Source: a virus
Lineage: Duplodnaviria; Caudoviricetes
Virus record (IMG/VR): IMGVR_UViG_3300009426_001070
Span: 1-59,282 of that record
Length of the DNA: 59,282 bases
Direction: 5' to 3' (one strand)
Part shown: piece after piece, positions 49,187 through 58,707 of the stretch
Numbering within the stretch: position 1 is the stretch's first letter
Layout of the letters: the number at the start of each line of letters is the position of its first letter
Made by a program: the position numbers and the translations under genes
Notes under the pieces: generated by a model
What the model saw: only the letters and a program-made list of their open reading frames with translations
Database searches by the model: none
Told to the model about the DNA's origin: nothing

Positions 49187-51803
49187 AGATACAGAATTTT
49201 TAAGTCAATTTCAAAATTATTCCGATACTTATAATATCCTTGGGGTTAGAATCCCACAGGTAAATATAGGCAGTTCATATGCTAAGAAATTTGATTTAGA
49301 TTTGTCAAAAGACGAGCATGAGATTCTTAGACAGCTTTGCCTACATGGATATAAAAAATTAAATATTGATTCTCTTCCAAATAAAAACATTTATAGGGAT
49401 CGTGTAAAATTTGAATTAGAAACTCTTAAAAAACTTGGGTTCACTCGTTATATTCTCATGGTATGGGATCTCATTCAGTGGTGCGATGAAAATAAAATTG
49501 CCAGAGGCTGGGGTCGTGGTTCTGTTGCTGGAAGTCTTGTATCCTATCTGATAGGTTTAACTGCGGTTGATCCAATTAAATATGATCTAATTTTTGAACG
49601 TTTTATTAATGAGTCTCGCGCACAATCAAAAATCATTGACGGGGAGCAATATTCGGATGGCAGCACTGTTCCAGATATTGACTTTGATGTTTGCTATCTT
49701 AACCGTGGTCGAGTAGTTCACGAATATCTAGGGGCTAAATATCCCAATAAGACTGGCCACATATCCACTCTTAATACGCTTTCTACAAAGCTAGTCCTTA
49801 AAGAGGTCTGTAAGAAATATGGAGGCTATGACGAAACTCAAGCCAACCGTCTTTCTAATATGATTGATAGCGATGCGGGGAAGCTTGATTGTCTCAAAGA
49901 TACTCTAGATAAAAATGATCAGTTTAAGGATTGGGTGGATAAAAATCCTAAAATATATAATATATGTTTAAAACTTTCTGACCTACCGAAAAACTTCGGT
50001 CTTCATGCGGCTGGTATTATTGTATCATATGATGAAATTTTCAATTCTCTTCCACTTGAAGATAGGGACGGAACAATAACTTCATCTTATACAAAGGATG
50101 ACGTTGCTGAACAGGAAATCAAGCTTGATGCTCTGGGATTAAAAACTTGCACAATTATTTATGAAACTGCAAAAGAGGCTGGCTATGATTTAAATAATTT
50201 CGACCCTAATGATCCAGAGTTGTATAAGCTCTTTGAAACATTCGATTATAGCTATGGAGTTTTCCAGCTAGACGGGGATACTGCTTGTAGAGTAACGAAA
50301 AAGGTTCAGCCGAAAAATCTTTCAGACATTTCTGCTATCTCCGCCATCGCTAGACCGGGGGCGTTAGCTTTTTTGGATGACTTTTTAGAATCGAGAAAAA
50401 CTGGCAAAATTAAGTCTATTTATCCACCTATTGACAAAATTCTAGCTAATACTTTTGGTGTTATTCTTTATCAAGAGCAAACAATGAAAATTGCTCACGA
50501 AGTTTATAAATTTTCGCTTGTAGAGGCTGATATTCTAAGAAAAATTATTGGAAAAAAGCAGCTTGAAAAGGTTAAGGAATGGGAAGAAAAAATTAAAGAA
50601 GCTGGCAGAGAACAGGGCATTCCAGAAGATGCGACTCAAATTTTTTGGGAAACCGTTCAAGCATCTGCAAAATATCAATTTAATGCCAGTCACTCATACT
50701 CCTATGGATATATCAGCTGCCTCTGTGCTTATTTAAAAACTAAATACCCTGCGATCTTCTTCAAGAACTGTCTTATGCTTGCTCGTTCATTTCAAGATAG
50801 TGAGGCGCGTATCATGAAGATATGTAAAGAGCTTCCATTTTTTGGCATCGAACTTAGGCCGCCAGATCTTATTAAATCTGAAGAAGACTTCTCTGTTGAC
50901 GGCAATGTAATTCGCTATGGAATTAAGTCAATAAAATCCGTTTCAGAAAAAACTCTTATAAAACTTAAAGAGTTCAACTCAGTTCAGACAAATAAATTCC
51001 AATTATTCGAAGCGGCAAAGGAATCTGGCATTAATATTAGGATTCTGTCTAACCTTATTAAGGCTGGGTGCTTGAGTTATTTCGGAGATAATAGAGGGCT
51101 TCTTACTCTTGAAGCTGCGAGTTGGAATGCTCTAACAGACTCTCAAAAAACTAAAATATCTAAATTTGGTGAAAAATATGATTATGATCTATTGAATATT
51201 TTACTTGATATTAAAGATGGTAAGCTTCTTAGCGATGGCAAAGAAATTATCTCACTCAAAAGGCGCAAAACCAAAACGGGAGAAAAATCTTCTTGGGATA
51301 CTTTTTATAGCAAATATTTGCCACATAAGGCAGATTGGAATAGCTACGCTAAGCATGTAGATTTCTACAATTATTATTATGAGCAAGATATTCTTGGTTT
51401 TGCATATAGTAAAAAGTTGTTTGAAATATTAGAGCCAGAATACAAGGGTATCATTCATCTTGGGGATTTGGAGGATGCGGTAGAAGATTCTATCGTAACG
51501 TCTTGTGGGATAGTACAAGAAGCGAGTGTTGGTAAGACTCAAAAAGGAAATAAAAAACTTACTCTTACAATAGGCGATGAATATGGTCAAAGCAGGGTGC
51601 AGGTTTTTAACTTTAATCGATTTGACAAAGCGACTAGAACAACAGAGTTTCATGGTAATGTTGATGATTTAAAAGATGATTACGGCAGACTTCCAGAAAA
51701 GAAAGATGTTATTGTTTTTAGAGGAACAAAAAAGACTGATACTGTTTTTGCTGATAAAATCCGCATTTTAAACTTAGATTTCAAAGAAAGTCTTGACAAG
51801 TAA
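49179..51803 (+). CDS. dnaE: DNA polymerase III alpha catalytic subunit
   Basis: GRGSVAGSL, FERF, PDIDFD, HAAG, KLDALGL, RPG, YQEQ, FNASHS. Confidence 0.95.
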   Translation: MVKDTEFLSQFQNYSDTYNILGVRIPQVNIGSSYAKKFDLDLSKDEHEILRQLCLHGYKKLNIDSLPNKNIYRDRVKFELETLKKLGFTRYILMVWDLIQWCDENKIARGWGRGSVAGSLVSYLIGLTAVDPIKYDLIFERFINESRAQSKIIDGEQYSDGSTVPDIDFDVCYLNRGRVVHEYLGAKYPNKTGHISTLNTLSTKLVLKEVCKKYGGYDETQANRLSNMIDSDAGKLDCLKDTLDKNDQFKDWVDKNPKIYNICLKLSDLPKNFGLHAAGIIVSYDEIFNSLPLEDRDGTITSSYTKDDVAEQEIKLDALGLKTCTIIYETAKEAGYDLNNFDPNDPELYKLFETFDYSYGVFQLDGDTACRVTKKVQPKNLSDISAISAIARPGALAFLDDFLESRKTGKIKSIYPPIDKILANTFGVILYQEQTMKIAHEVYKFSLVEADILRKIIGKKQLEKVKEWEEKIKEAGREQGIPEDATQIFWETVQASAKYQFNASHSYSYGYISCLCAYLKTKYPAIFFKNCLMLARSFQDSEARIMKICKELPFFGIELRPPDLIKSEEDFSVDGNVIRYGIKSIKSVSEKTLIKLKEFNSVQTNKFQLFEAAKESGINIRILSNLIKAGCLSYFGDNRGLLTLEAASWNALTDSQKTKISKFGEKYDYDLLNILLDIKDGKLLSDGKEIISLKRRKTKTGEKSSWDTFYSKYLPHKADWNSYAKHVDFYNYYYEQDILGFAYSKKLFEILEPEYKGIIHLGDLEDAVEDSIVTSCGIVQEASVGKTQKGNKKLTLTIGDEYGQSRVQVFNFNRFDKATRTTEFHGNVDDLKDDYGRLPEKKDVIVFRGTKKTDTVFADKIRILNLDFKESLDK

Positions 51804-51828
51804 GAGAAAAGCTTCCATCCTCACGACC

Positions 51829-52020
51829 ATGAAAGAAATACAGAAATTACAAAAAGATAAAGTAATTATCAAAATAAAAATGGAAGGAGACTTATGTTGG
51901 CCTGAAAATAATAAAGCTACGTTTCAGCACTGCACAAACGGTGCGAGCGCAGTAAGTGAGCTTCAATTAGCCAAACTTAATGAAGTTTTTGCTTTACACG
52001 GGGTTGAATTATATTATTAA
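51829..52020 (+). CDS. Hypothetical protein
   Basis: ATG 36 nt after TTGACA at 51793. Confidence 0.6.
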   Translation: MKEIQKLQKDKVIIKIKMEGDLCWPENNKATFQHCTNGASAVSELQLAKLNEVFALHGVELYY

Positions 52021-52024
52021 TTAT

Positions 52025-52252
52025 ATGCAGAAATTAAAAATAAATAAAGAAATATATAGATTTGAAGTCGGAGGCAATTCGGTTTTAATTAAATTCCCAG
52101 ATGAATCCTCAAGATTGATAAATAAAAAAAAGATTAAAGGATATTCTGATCCAAATAAATTCAATAAAATTCTTGACAAGGGGGAGTATTGGGATATAAC
52201 TAGCAAAGAAGTAAGTAAATACATTAAAGAAATTTTAACAAAAACTGTTTAA
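52025..52252 (+). CDS. Hypothetical protein
   Basis: In-frame ATG just after the upstream stop. Confidence 0.6.
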   Translation: MQKLKINKEIYRFEVGGNSVLIKFPDESSRLINKKKIKGYSDPNKFNKILDKGEYWDITSKEVSKYIKEILTKTV

Positions 52253-52261
52253 CAATAAAAT

Positions 52262-52558
52262 ATGATTGATCGCAAAAGAATTCTAAAAAACTTTTTCCAA
52301 GTTAAAAAAACGTCCAAATATCGCTGGCATGGAGTGCCAACTTGTCACGAAGAAAAAAAACAAAGGTCGAAGCGAAAAATTGAATTGTCACCAAATGACA
52401 TTTTAATTCCATCTGCGAATAATAAATTCTGGAATAAGATTAATAAAAACGGAGCGGCTAATATCGAAATACCAGCCAATCACCTAATTAGGGTTGATAA
52501 TTCTATTCTATTTGACAACATCTACTATAGAAACGGGATTGCTCCCCAAAGCTCGTAA
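52262..52558 (+). CDS. Basic hypothetical protein
   Basis: 98-aa ORF. Confidence 0.6.
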   Translation: MIDRKRILKNFFQVKKTSKYRWHGVPTCHEEKKQRSKRKIELSPNDILIPSANNKFWNKINKNGAANIEIPANHLIRVDNSILFDNIYYRNGIAPQSS

Positions 52559-52569
52559 TTTGTGTAATA

Positions 52570-52767
52570 ATGACTGTGGCGATTAAAAAAATAAAATCTA
52601 TCCCCAAGAGTATGCTTCCGAAATACAAGATGATAGCCGAAGAGTGCTGTTATACAAAAATAAAAGGAACTCTTAAAGAAACTGAGTTTCATTTTGCAAA
52701 TAAAGAAGACGCAGACTTTTTTTTAAGAATATTAAAAAGTCTATTAGTTTTTAAAAATAAAATTTAA
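52570..52767 (+). CDS. Hypothetical protein
   Basis: TGTAA at 52563; alternative GTG start at 52576. Confidence 0.55.
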   Translation: MTVAIKKIKSIPKSMLPKYKMIAEECCYTKIKGTLKETEFHFANKEDADFFLRILKSLLVFKNKI

Positions 52768-52796
52768 TTACAAATACTTTTTGTAAAAATACAAAT

Positions 52797-53030
52797 ATGG
52801 AAAAATACGAAACTAAAAAATTTGACTCTTTTTCAGAGTTAAAAGCTCTTTGGGCTGAACTGTCAGACAGCTTTAAGGAATTAAAGCTTTCACCATCTTA
52901 TTCCTTTAAGGGGTATAGAAAAGGATCTTTTAAAAGTTATTCTATAGCTTTTCTGCCTAAAAATCATAGGGAAATTAAAGGATTAAAAGAACTTCGCAAA
53001 AAAGTAGAATTATTTAAGATTAACTGTTAA
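52797..53030 (+). CDS. Hypothetical protein
   Basis: 77-aa ORF. Confidence 0.55.
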   Translation: MEKYETKKFDSFSELKALWAELSDSFKELKLSPSYSFKGYRKGSFKSYSIAFLPKNHREIKGLKELRKKVELFKINC

Positions 53031-53069
53031 AGACCTTCTCTAAATTCCATGTAAAATGTAATAATATGA

Positions 53070-53456
53070 GTGGGAATCGAGAATAAAATTTATAAAGCGG
53101 AAAATGAAGTTTTTGAAAATGAGAGAATCTTTACTGAAACTCAAATTAAAAAATTTTTCTTCTTGATTGTTTGCGATAATTGGTTTAAAGATAGATATGG
53201 AACTGGATATAAAATGTACAGCATTGGCCCAAATTTTTTTGACGCTTCCTACGGATGTTATAAAGAAATATATCTACTTGAAAATGAACACTTTACAGAA
53301 AGCACTGTTTGTCATGAATTAATGCACTCCTGTAAACATGTAAGGGGAAATCCTCATGGCAAAGCTTGGCAAAAAAGATACGTAGAGATGGTTAAAAGAT
53401 ACATTTCTATTGAAATGGGTGAAGAATTGGAGGAAAAGTTTTCTAAAATAATTTAA
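53070..53456 (+). CDS. Zinc metalloprotease-like (HExxH, SprT-like)
   Basis: TVCHELMH...PHGKAW. Confidence 0.7.
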   Translation: MGIENKIYKAENEVFENERIFTETQIKKFFFLIVCDNWFKDRYGTGYKMYSIGPNFFDASYGCYKEIYLLENEHFTESTVCHELMHSCKHVRGNPHGKAWQKRYVEMVKRYISIEMGEELEEKFSKII

Positions 53457-53553
53457 TATATTATTATGGAGTTATCTAAAATACTAAAAGACGAGGCATG
53501 GTTAGAGGGTGAAAGGCAAAATAAGGCTGTATCATTGGCTGATCCTGTAATTT

Positions 53554-53841
53554 TTGATAGATCTGTTGAAATTTGGAAGAAATTTTATGAAAATAATAAA
53601 AAAAATTATTTGGCGTTGGAAAATACAAAGGAAATTTAACAAAATATATGAAGTTTATATTAACAATTCCGATATTTTTCACCCCAAAGAACAAGAGTCT
53701 ATCCGAACTATTAAAAATTTATTCAACTTTTTCCTAAATAGAAATAGTTGGGAAAGAAATAAAGATAAGATCGAAAATCAAGTTGAAAAACTTAATATTA
53801 AAATAAACTACAGGATAAAAAACACAAAATGGAAATTCTAA
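53554..53841 (+). CDS. Basic hypothetical protein (start probably ATG 53587)
   Basis: ORF on the coding strand. Confidence 0.5.
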   Translation: MIDLLKFGRNFMKIIKKIIWRWKIQRKFNKIYEVYINNSDIFHPKEQESIRTIKNLFNFFLNRNSWERNKDKIENQVEKLNIKINYRIKNTKWKF

Positions 53842-53881
53842 TAATAACATTTGTACTTCTTCTTTTATTCGGGGATCAGTA

Positions 53882-54070
53882 ATGGATACTGGCATACAGT
53901 TTACCGAGATACCTATGATTGAGAAAATTACTCAAGATGAAAAGTGGTTGCTTGGTGAAATCCGTGGCACTGAAATAAGTGACTACGACCCAGAATTAAC
54001 AAATAGGGTTATAGATGTGGTTTTAAGATACGGAGCGGAAATGAGAATGATTGCTAGTGGTAAAAAATAG
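53882..54070 (+). CDS. Hypothetical protein
   Basis: 62-aa ORF. Confidence 0.6.
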   Translation: MDTGIQFTEIPMIEKITQDEKWLLGEIRGTEISDYDPELTNRVIDVVLRYGAEMRMIASGKK

Positions 54071-54106
54071 CTTGACTTTAAAATTTCTTCATTCATTATG
54101 ACAGGC

Positions 54107-54183
54107 AATAAAAAGCACAAATAAAAAGCACAAATAAAAGCACAAATAAAAACACAAATAAAAACACAAATAAAAACACAAAT
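54107..54183 (+). repeat. Six tandem 12-13 bp repeats, AATAAAA(A/G/AG)CACA
   Basis: Directly visible; ends at the ATG of 54184. Confidence 0.9.
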
Positions 54184-54444
54184 ATGAAAGTCAAAAAAAT
54201 GATTCAAGAAACAAACGGTAAATTTTTTACTGTTAATTTTGTTAAAAAAAACGGAAACAACCGACACATGGTTGCTCGACTTGGGGTAAAAAAATACCTC
54301 AAAGGCGGAGAAAACCCTGCTAAAAACCAAGACAATTTGATTGTGGTTTTTGATATTCAAAAGGGTGCATATAGGATGATAAATCTGGATACTTTAATTA
54401 GTTTTAAATGCGGCAAGAAAATATATAACCATTATTGTAAATAG
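54184..54444 (+). CDS. SH3-fold (WYL_2/DUF2693-like) phage protein
   Basis: FFTVNFVKKNG..RHM...VFDIQKGAYRMI. Confidence 0.7.
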   Translation: MKVKKMIQETNGKFFTVNFVKKNGNNRHMVARLGVKKYLKGGENPAKNQDNLIVVFDIQKGAYRMINLDTLISFKCGKKIYNHYCK

Positions 54445-54482
54445 TTATTGACTTTCTCCAATCCATACCAATCATCATAAAT

Positions 54483-55082
54483 ATGAAAATTTTAATTGCT
54501 TGCGAATCCTCTGGAGTTATTCGTGATGCCTTTCGAGCAAAGGGTCATGAAGCTTATTCCTGTGATATTATTGATACAGGTCACGAATATCATATTTGTG
54601 ATGATGTTTTAAATATTTTAGATCAAAATTGGGATATGATGATTGCCCATCCTCCTTGCACTTATCTTGCATCTAGTGGGATGCACTGGACTACTCGCGG
54701 TTTTCGTGATCCTCAACTCACTGAAGACGCTCTTGAATTCGTTAAAAAGCTTATGGATGCCCCAATTGAAAAAATCGTAATTGAAAACCCGATTAGTATC
54801 ATTTCTACTCGCATCCGCAAGCCAGATCAATATATTCAACCTTACGAATTTGGGGAAGACGCTAGTAAAAAAACTTCTCTTTGGTTGAAAAATCTTCCAG
54901 CATTAAAGCCTACAAAATATATAGAGCCGCGAATCATAATTAAAAATGGAAAAGAATATAAGAGATGGGCAAATCAAACTGATTCGGGACAAAATAAACT
55001 AACTCCCTCTCCAGATCGGTGGCAAGAAAGATCAAAGACTTATCAAGGGATTGCGGAAGCAATTGTAAATCAGTGGGGATAG
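54483..55082 (+). CDS. Compact phage DNA cytosine methyltransferase-like protein
   Basis: LIACESSG, AHPPCTYL, IENP, QPYEFG, KKTSLW. Confidence 0.8.
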   Translation: MKILIACESSGVIRDAFRAKGHEAYSCDIIDTGHEYHICDDVLNILDQNWDMMIAHPPCTYLASSGMHWTTRGFRDPQLTEDALEFVKKLMDAPIEKIVIENPISIISTRIRKPDQYIQPYEFGEDASKKTSLWLKNLPALKPTKYIEPRIIIKNGKEYKRWANQTDSGQNKLTPSPDRWQERSKTYQGIAEAIVNQWG

Positions 55083-55137
55083 AACATATTGGATAAAAAC
55101 GCTTGACTTCTAATAAATTATAAACAAAGTAACGAAC

Positions 55138-56025
55138 ATGAAAATCTTATCTCTATTCGACGGCATTTCTTGCGCTCAAATCGCTCTAAATAAACTTGGC
55201 ATTAAATATGACAATTATTTCGCTAGTGAAATTTGCAAAAACGCCATTAAAGTTACGCAGGATAATTATCCAGACACAATCCAATTAGGTGATGTGACAA
55301 ACTGGAAAGACTGGAAATTGCCAAAGATTGACATGATTTTTGCGGGTTTCCCTTGCCAATCATGGTCTAAGGCAGGATTGCAAGGTGGATTTAAAGATGA
55401 GCGTGGCAAGCTTGCTTATGTCCTCGCAGATATTTTTCGTCACTTAAAAGAGCAAAATCCTAATTTAATTTTCTTGTTTGAGAATGTAGAGATGGGGAAA
55501 GAAAAGTTAAATGATTTAAATGAATTGTTTGGCTGTGAGGGGGTTAAAATCAACTCTTCATTATTAACTGCTCAGAGACGTGGTCGAGTCTACTGGACAA
55601 ATTTAAAAATTGATTCAATAGAAGATAAGCAAATTAAATTTCAAGATATCCTTGATGATGGCTTAGCTGAAAAAGAAAAAGCATATTGTATTAAACTTTG
55701 TCGTGGAAACGCGAGAGATTATTTTAAGAAAAAGCAAACTAATATTGTTTTCTGCCCAAATAAACATGGCAAATACAAAGTGGAAAATGGCCTTGTCTCT
55801 ATGACTTTTCCAAAAGGTAAAGACTCAAATGAATTATTTACTTTTAAATGTGCTATTCCAGATGGAAATTACGACGTCAGACCTCTTAATAGAAATGAAG
55901 TAGAGAGACTGCAAACGATCCCCCAAAACTATACTAATACAGTAAGTGTATCTACTGCCCACAATCTAATGGGTAATAGCTGGACTGTTGATGTAATTTG
56001 TCATATTTTGAAAAATGTTAAGTAA
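55138..56025 (+). CDS. C5 DNA cytosine methyltransferase
   Basis: SLFDG, GFPCQ, FENV, QRRGRVYW, ERLQ, MGNSW. Confidence 0.92.
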   Translation: MKILSLFDGISCAQIALNKLGIKYDNYFASEICKNAIKVTQDNYPDTIQLGDVTNWKDWKLPKIDMIFAGFPCQSWSKAGLQGGFKDERGKLAYVLADIFRHLKEQNPNLIFLFENVEMGKEKLNDLNELFGCEGVKINSSLLTAQRRGRVYWTNLKIDSIEDKQIKFQDILDDGLAEKEKAYCIKLCRGNARDYFKKKQTNIVFCPNKHGKYKVENGLVSMTFPKGKDSNELFTFKCAIPDGNYDVRPLNRNEVERLQTIPQNYTNTVSVSTAHNLMGNSWTVDVICHILKNVK

Positions 56026-56176
56026 AATCTGGAGAATATGGGCTAAATCTATAGGAGAAAAAGCAACTTCAAAAAAAAATGAATCAGACGTTGTCGCAAT
56101 CATTAGAACCTTTATCTTCTTAACCTATTTAATTACTAATTTTTTTATTATATCTGGCGTAATAAGACATTGGTAA
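56015..56176 (+). CDS. 53-aa membrane protein of a type recalled from aquatic T4-like phages (not in ORF track)
   Basis: WRIWAKSIGEK...AIIRTFIF...TNFFIISGVIRHW. Confidence 0.7.
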   Translation: MLSKIWRIWAKSIGEKATSKKNESDVVAIIRTFIFLTYLITNFFIISGVIRHW

Positions 56177-56223
56177 AGAATATTTTTATTGACTTCTGTA
56201 AATATACCATCAAGATCTGAAAT

Positions 56224-56403
56224 ATGAATAACGAATATATCAAAAATAAATTAATGAAACTGGTTTTGGAGGGTAAAATCCAAGAATCACAAGCAGAAGA
56301 TATTTATGAATTATATCTTGAAGAAATTGATGATACTTCTATCGAAACCGCCATAGAACTTACAGAGCAGGACATCGAAGAATCGATTGAGAATAATGTT
56401 TGA
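56224..56403 (+). CDS. 59-aa acidic protein (not in ORF track)
   Basis: ATG 35 nt after TTGACT at 56189. Confidence 0.65.
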   Translation: MNNEYIKNKLMKLVLEGKIQESQAEDIYELYLEEIDDTSIETAIELTEQDIEESIENNV

Positions 56404-56463
56404 CAAGGTGTGTTTTTAAAATTAATGTCTTGACATCCAAATAAATACAAACAACATAAAAAA

Positions 56464-56874
56464 ATGATTAAAAAAATGATTAAAAAACTAGATAGAGAAA
56501 ACCTACCGATTCTTCGCTCAGAAATTGATATAGCGTTACAGCCAATAGCTGATAAATACGGTATTAAGCTTAGTGCTGGCAATGTTTCCTTCTCGGATTT
56601 TAGTGCTACATTCAAACTGGAAGTGGCAACTGCTCAAGATGGTAATTTTATCACTAAAGAGGGTCAAAACTTCCTCGATCATGCAAAATATCTTGGATTA
56701 TCTAAGGACTTTTTAAATAAAGAGTTTGATTGGTTCGGCAGTAAATATATTCTTACTGGATATAAGCCTCGCTCTAGCAAATATCCATTTATTGCGAATA
56801 AAATTTCAGATGGTCGCTCATATAAGCTTCCTAAAACCGCAGTAAAGGCGGAATATTTTAAAGAATTAGTTTAA
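56464..56874 (+). CDS. Hypothetical phage protein
   Basis: 136-aa ORF with A/C-rich leader. Confidence 0.7.
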   Translation: MIKKMIKKLDRENLPILRSEIDIALQPIADKYGIKLSAGNVSFSDFSATFKLEVATAQDGNFITKEGQNFLDHAKYLGLSKDFLNKEFDWFGSKYILTGYKPRSSKYPFIANKISDGRSYKLPKTAVKAEYFKELV

Positions 56875-56931
56875 ATTTAATAAAAATTATTAATTTGTTG
56901 ACTTTTGTAATTTATAACTCATCTTGGGCTT

Positions 56932-57420
56932 ATGAAACACAAAAAGCAGAGAACAAATTTTAGTTGCGTATATGCTACCCTTTCTATGATCCTCGGAGGT
57001 GATGAGGAGTTTTATTATAGAGCAATTGCTAAAAAACAAATTAAACAATTAAAATGTGGCAAACGCAAATACGGAAGCGGAACATATGCGGAAAATACTT
57101 CTGAATTTTTAACTAAATATAGCTATGAGCATAAATTAATTAAGCTTAATAATAAAATTAATTCAATTTTTTGGCTAAAACAATTATCCTATCGCTTCCC
57201 TATTTACGTAGACGGGATCTTTATCAGAAAGGGCGAGCGGGGCAGACCCAGAAAAGATTGCCATGCATTTGCTGTGTGCGAGGGTAAAATTTTTGATCCA
57301 GCCGAAGATTTTGAACTTGAATTTGAATCTTGCTCTCACTACTCTGAGATGATTGTTCAAAATGTTATCCCTGTTTTTAGGGAAAATGAAAATTACGGTA
57401 AAGGAATTAATATAAATTAA
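56932..57420 (+). CDS. Papain-fold (C39-like) peptidase-like protein
   Basis: Q..NFSCVYATLSM...HAFAV...IFDP. Confidence 0.6.
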   Translation: MKHKKQRTNFSCVYATLSMILGGDEEFYYRAIAKKQIKQLKCGKRKYGSGTYAENTSEFLTKYSYEHKLIKLNNKINSIFWLKQLSYRFPIYVDGIFIRKGERGRPRKDCHAFAVCEGKIFDPAEDFELEFESCSHYSEMIVQNVIPVFRENENYGKGININ

Positions 57421-57458
57421 GCCTTGACTTAACACAATCTATAACCACTATCTAAACC

Positions 57459-58184
57459 ATGAAAAACATAGACCAAGTAAAAAGCCGCATCCACAAGCTT
57501 TTAAACATGACAAAAAGCGAAAACGAGAACGAAGCTAAAATTGCTCTTGTTCAAGCTCAAAAGCTTGCCATGACCTACCAGCTAGATCTTGAAGATGCGA
57601 TAGAAGAACCTAAAGAAGATGAGTTTGATCAAAAAAATGCCTTTGATTGGGAGCGTGAACCAGTAATCTGGAAACACGTTGTTCATATTTTGCAAGGCTA
57701 TTATAATGTTACTGTAATTTATTTCCCTAAGTATAGGGGTAAAAGGGTTTCTTTTATCGGACGCAAATCTGCGATAGAAAATGCTGAGGTTGTATCGAAC
57801 TATCTGCTTCGCACCTTTGATCAATTATGGAAGAATTATAAAACAGAAAATAATCTTTCCAATCGAGACAAGTATTCCTATCTCTCTGGGCTGGAAAGGG
57901 GCGTAAAAGATAAGCTGAGAGAAAGCAGGACTGATACTGTCAAAGAAAGGGCAAAAGAGCTTACGGGGGCTGTTTCTGAAGAAAAATTAATTGAAAAATA
58001 TAATCTTGCGCTCAAAAGGGAAGACGAAAAACGAGATGATTTTCTTAGCTCTCTTTACCCTAGACTGGGAAAATCTTCCAATAGAAGTTCAAACTTTGGA
58101 TTTAGCTCCAACGTAGCAAGTGATGGCTTCCAAGCTGGGCGGAATATAAATATCGGAGGTAAGGTCGCTGGATACTTGGGATAA
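57459..58184 (+). CDS. DUF2786 domain protein
   Basis: RIHKLL...NENEAKIALVQAQKL; YLSG; GFQAG. Confidence 0.8.
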   Translation: MKNIDQVKSRIHKLLNMTKSENENEAKIALVQAQKLAMTYQLDLEDAIEEPKEDEFDQKNAFDWEREPVIWKHVVHILQGYYNVTVIYFPKYRGKRVSFIGRKSAIENAEVVSNYLLRTFDQLWKNYKTENNLSNRDKYSYLSGLERGVKDKLRESRTDTVKERAKELTGAVSEEKLIEKYNLALKREDEKRDDFLSSLYPRLGKSSNRSSNFGFSSNVASDGFQAGRNINIGGKVAGYLG

Positions 58185-58222
58185 AGCTTGACGTAAAATA
58201 AAAACTATGATACCATAACAAA

Positions 58223-58426
58223 ATGGCTAAACCAGCACAAACAACAGAGATAGACGAGGCTCGCAGGATATTGGGAATGCTTGAGAGCGTAACTAATCCA
58301 GAAGAATATAAAAAAATCTTTGGGATTAAAGACAAAGACGTCGAAAAAATGAAAGAACTTATTTTAAATAAAGGCAAATCGAAAAAGAAACTTTTTACTG
58401 AAAGGGAGGAAAAAAATGGAAACTAA
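58223..58426 (+). CDS. Hypothetical protein
   Basis: TTGACG at 58188. Confidence 0.65.
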   Translation: MAKPAQTTEIDEARRILGMLESVTNPEEYKKIFGIKDKDVEKMKELILNKGKSKKKLFTEREEKNGN

Positions 58427-58646
58427 ATTTATGGACTGGACAATATCCAGCGAAAAATCAGAAAACGGCGGGTTGAATTTTTATCTTGACAACAATAGAC
58501 AATCTGCATCGCTTGAATGTGCTGCGGAAAATGGGGTTGATTCAACATTTGATGAAGCTATACCTAAAAAAGTAATTGACTTTGCGCTCCATTGGGCGGA
58601 TAGGGTTGATAAAGAAGGCGGGTGGGTTGAAGCCTATGGAGAATAA
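58416..58646 (+). CDS. Hypothetical protein
   Basis: Overlaps the upstream gene. Confidence 0.6.
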   Translation: METKFMDWTISSEKSENGGLNFYLDNNRQSASLECAAENGVDSTFDEAIPKKVIDFALHWADRVDKEGGWVEAYGE

Positions 58647-58707
58647 ATTTACTGCTCGTTTAAAAAATAGCTTGACTTAACTAAAAACAAAAAACATAAT
58701 TGAAATC

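Noticed and set aside
29391-51803. Inteins or introns in nrdA/nrdB, recA, dnaB, dnaE
   Set aside because: Lengths are normal and no splicing or homing endonuclease motifs are visible
54107-54183. Mini CRISPR array
   Set aside because: Repeats are 12-13 bp and contiguous with no spacers
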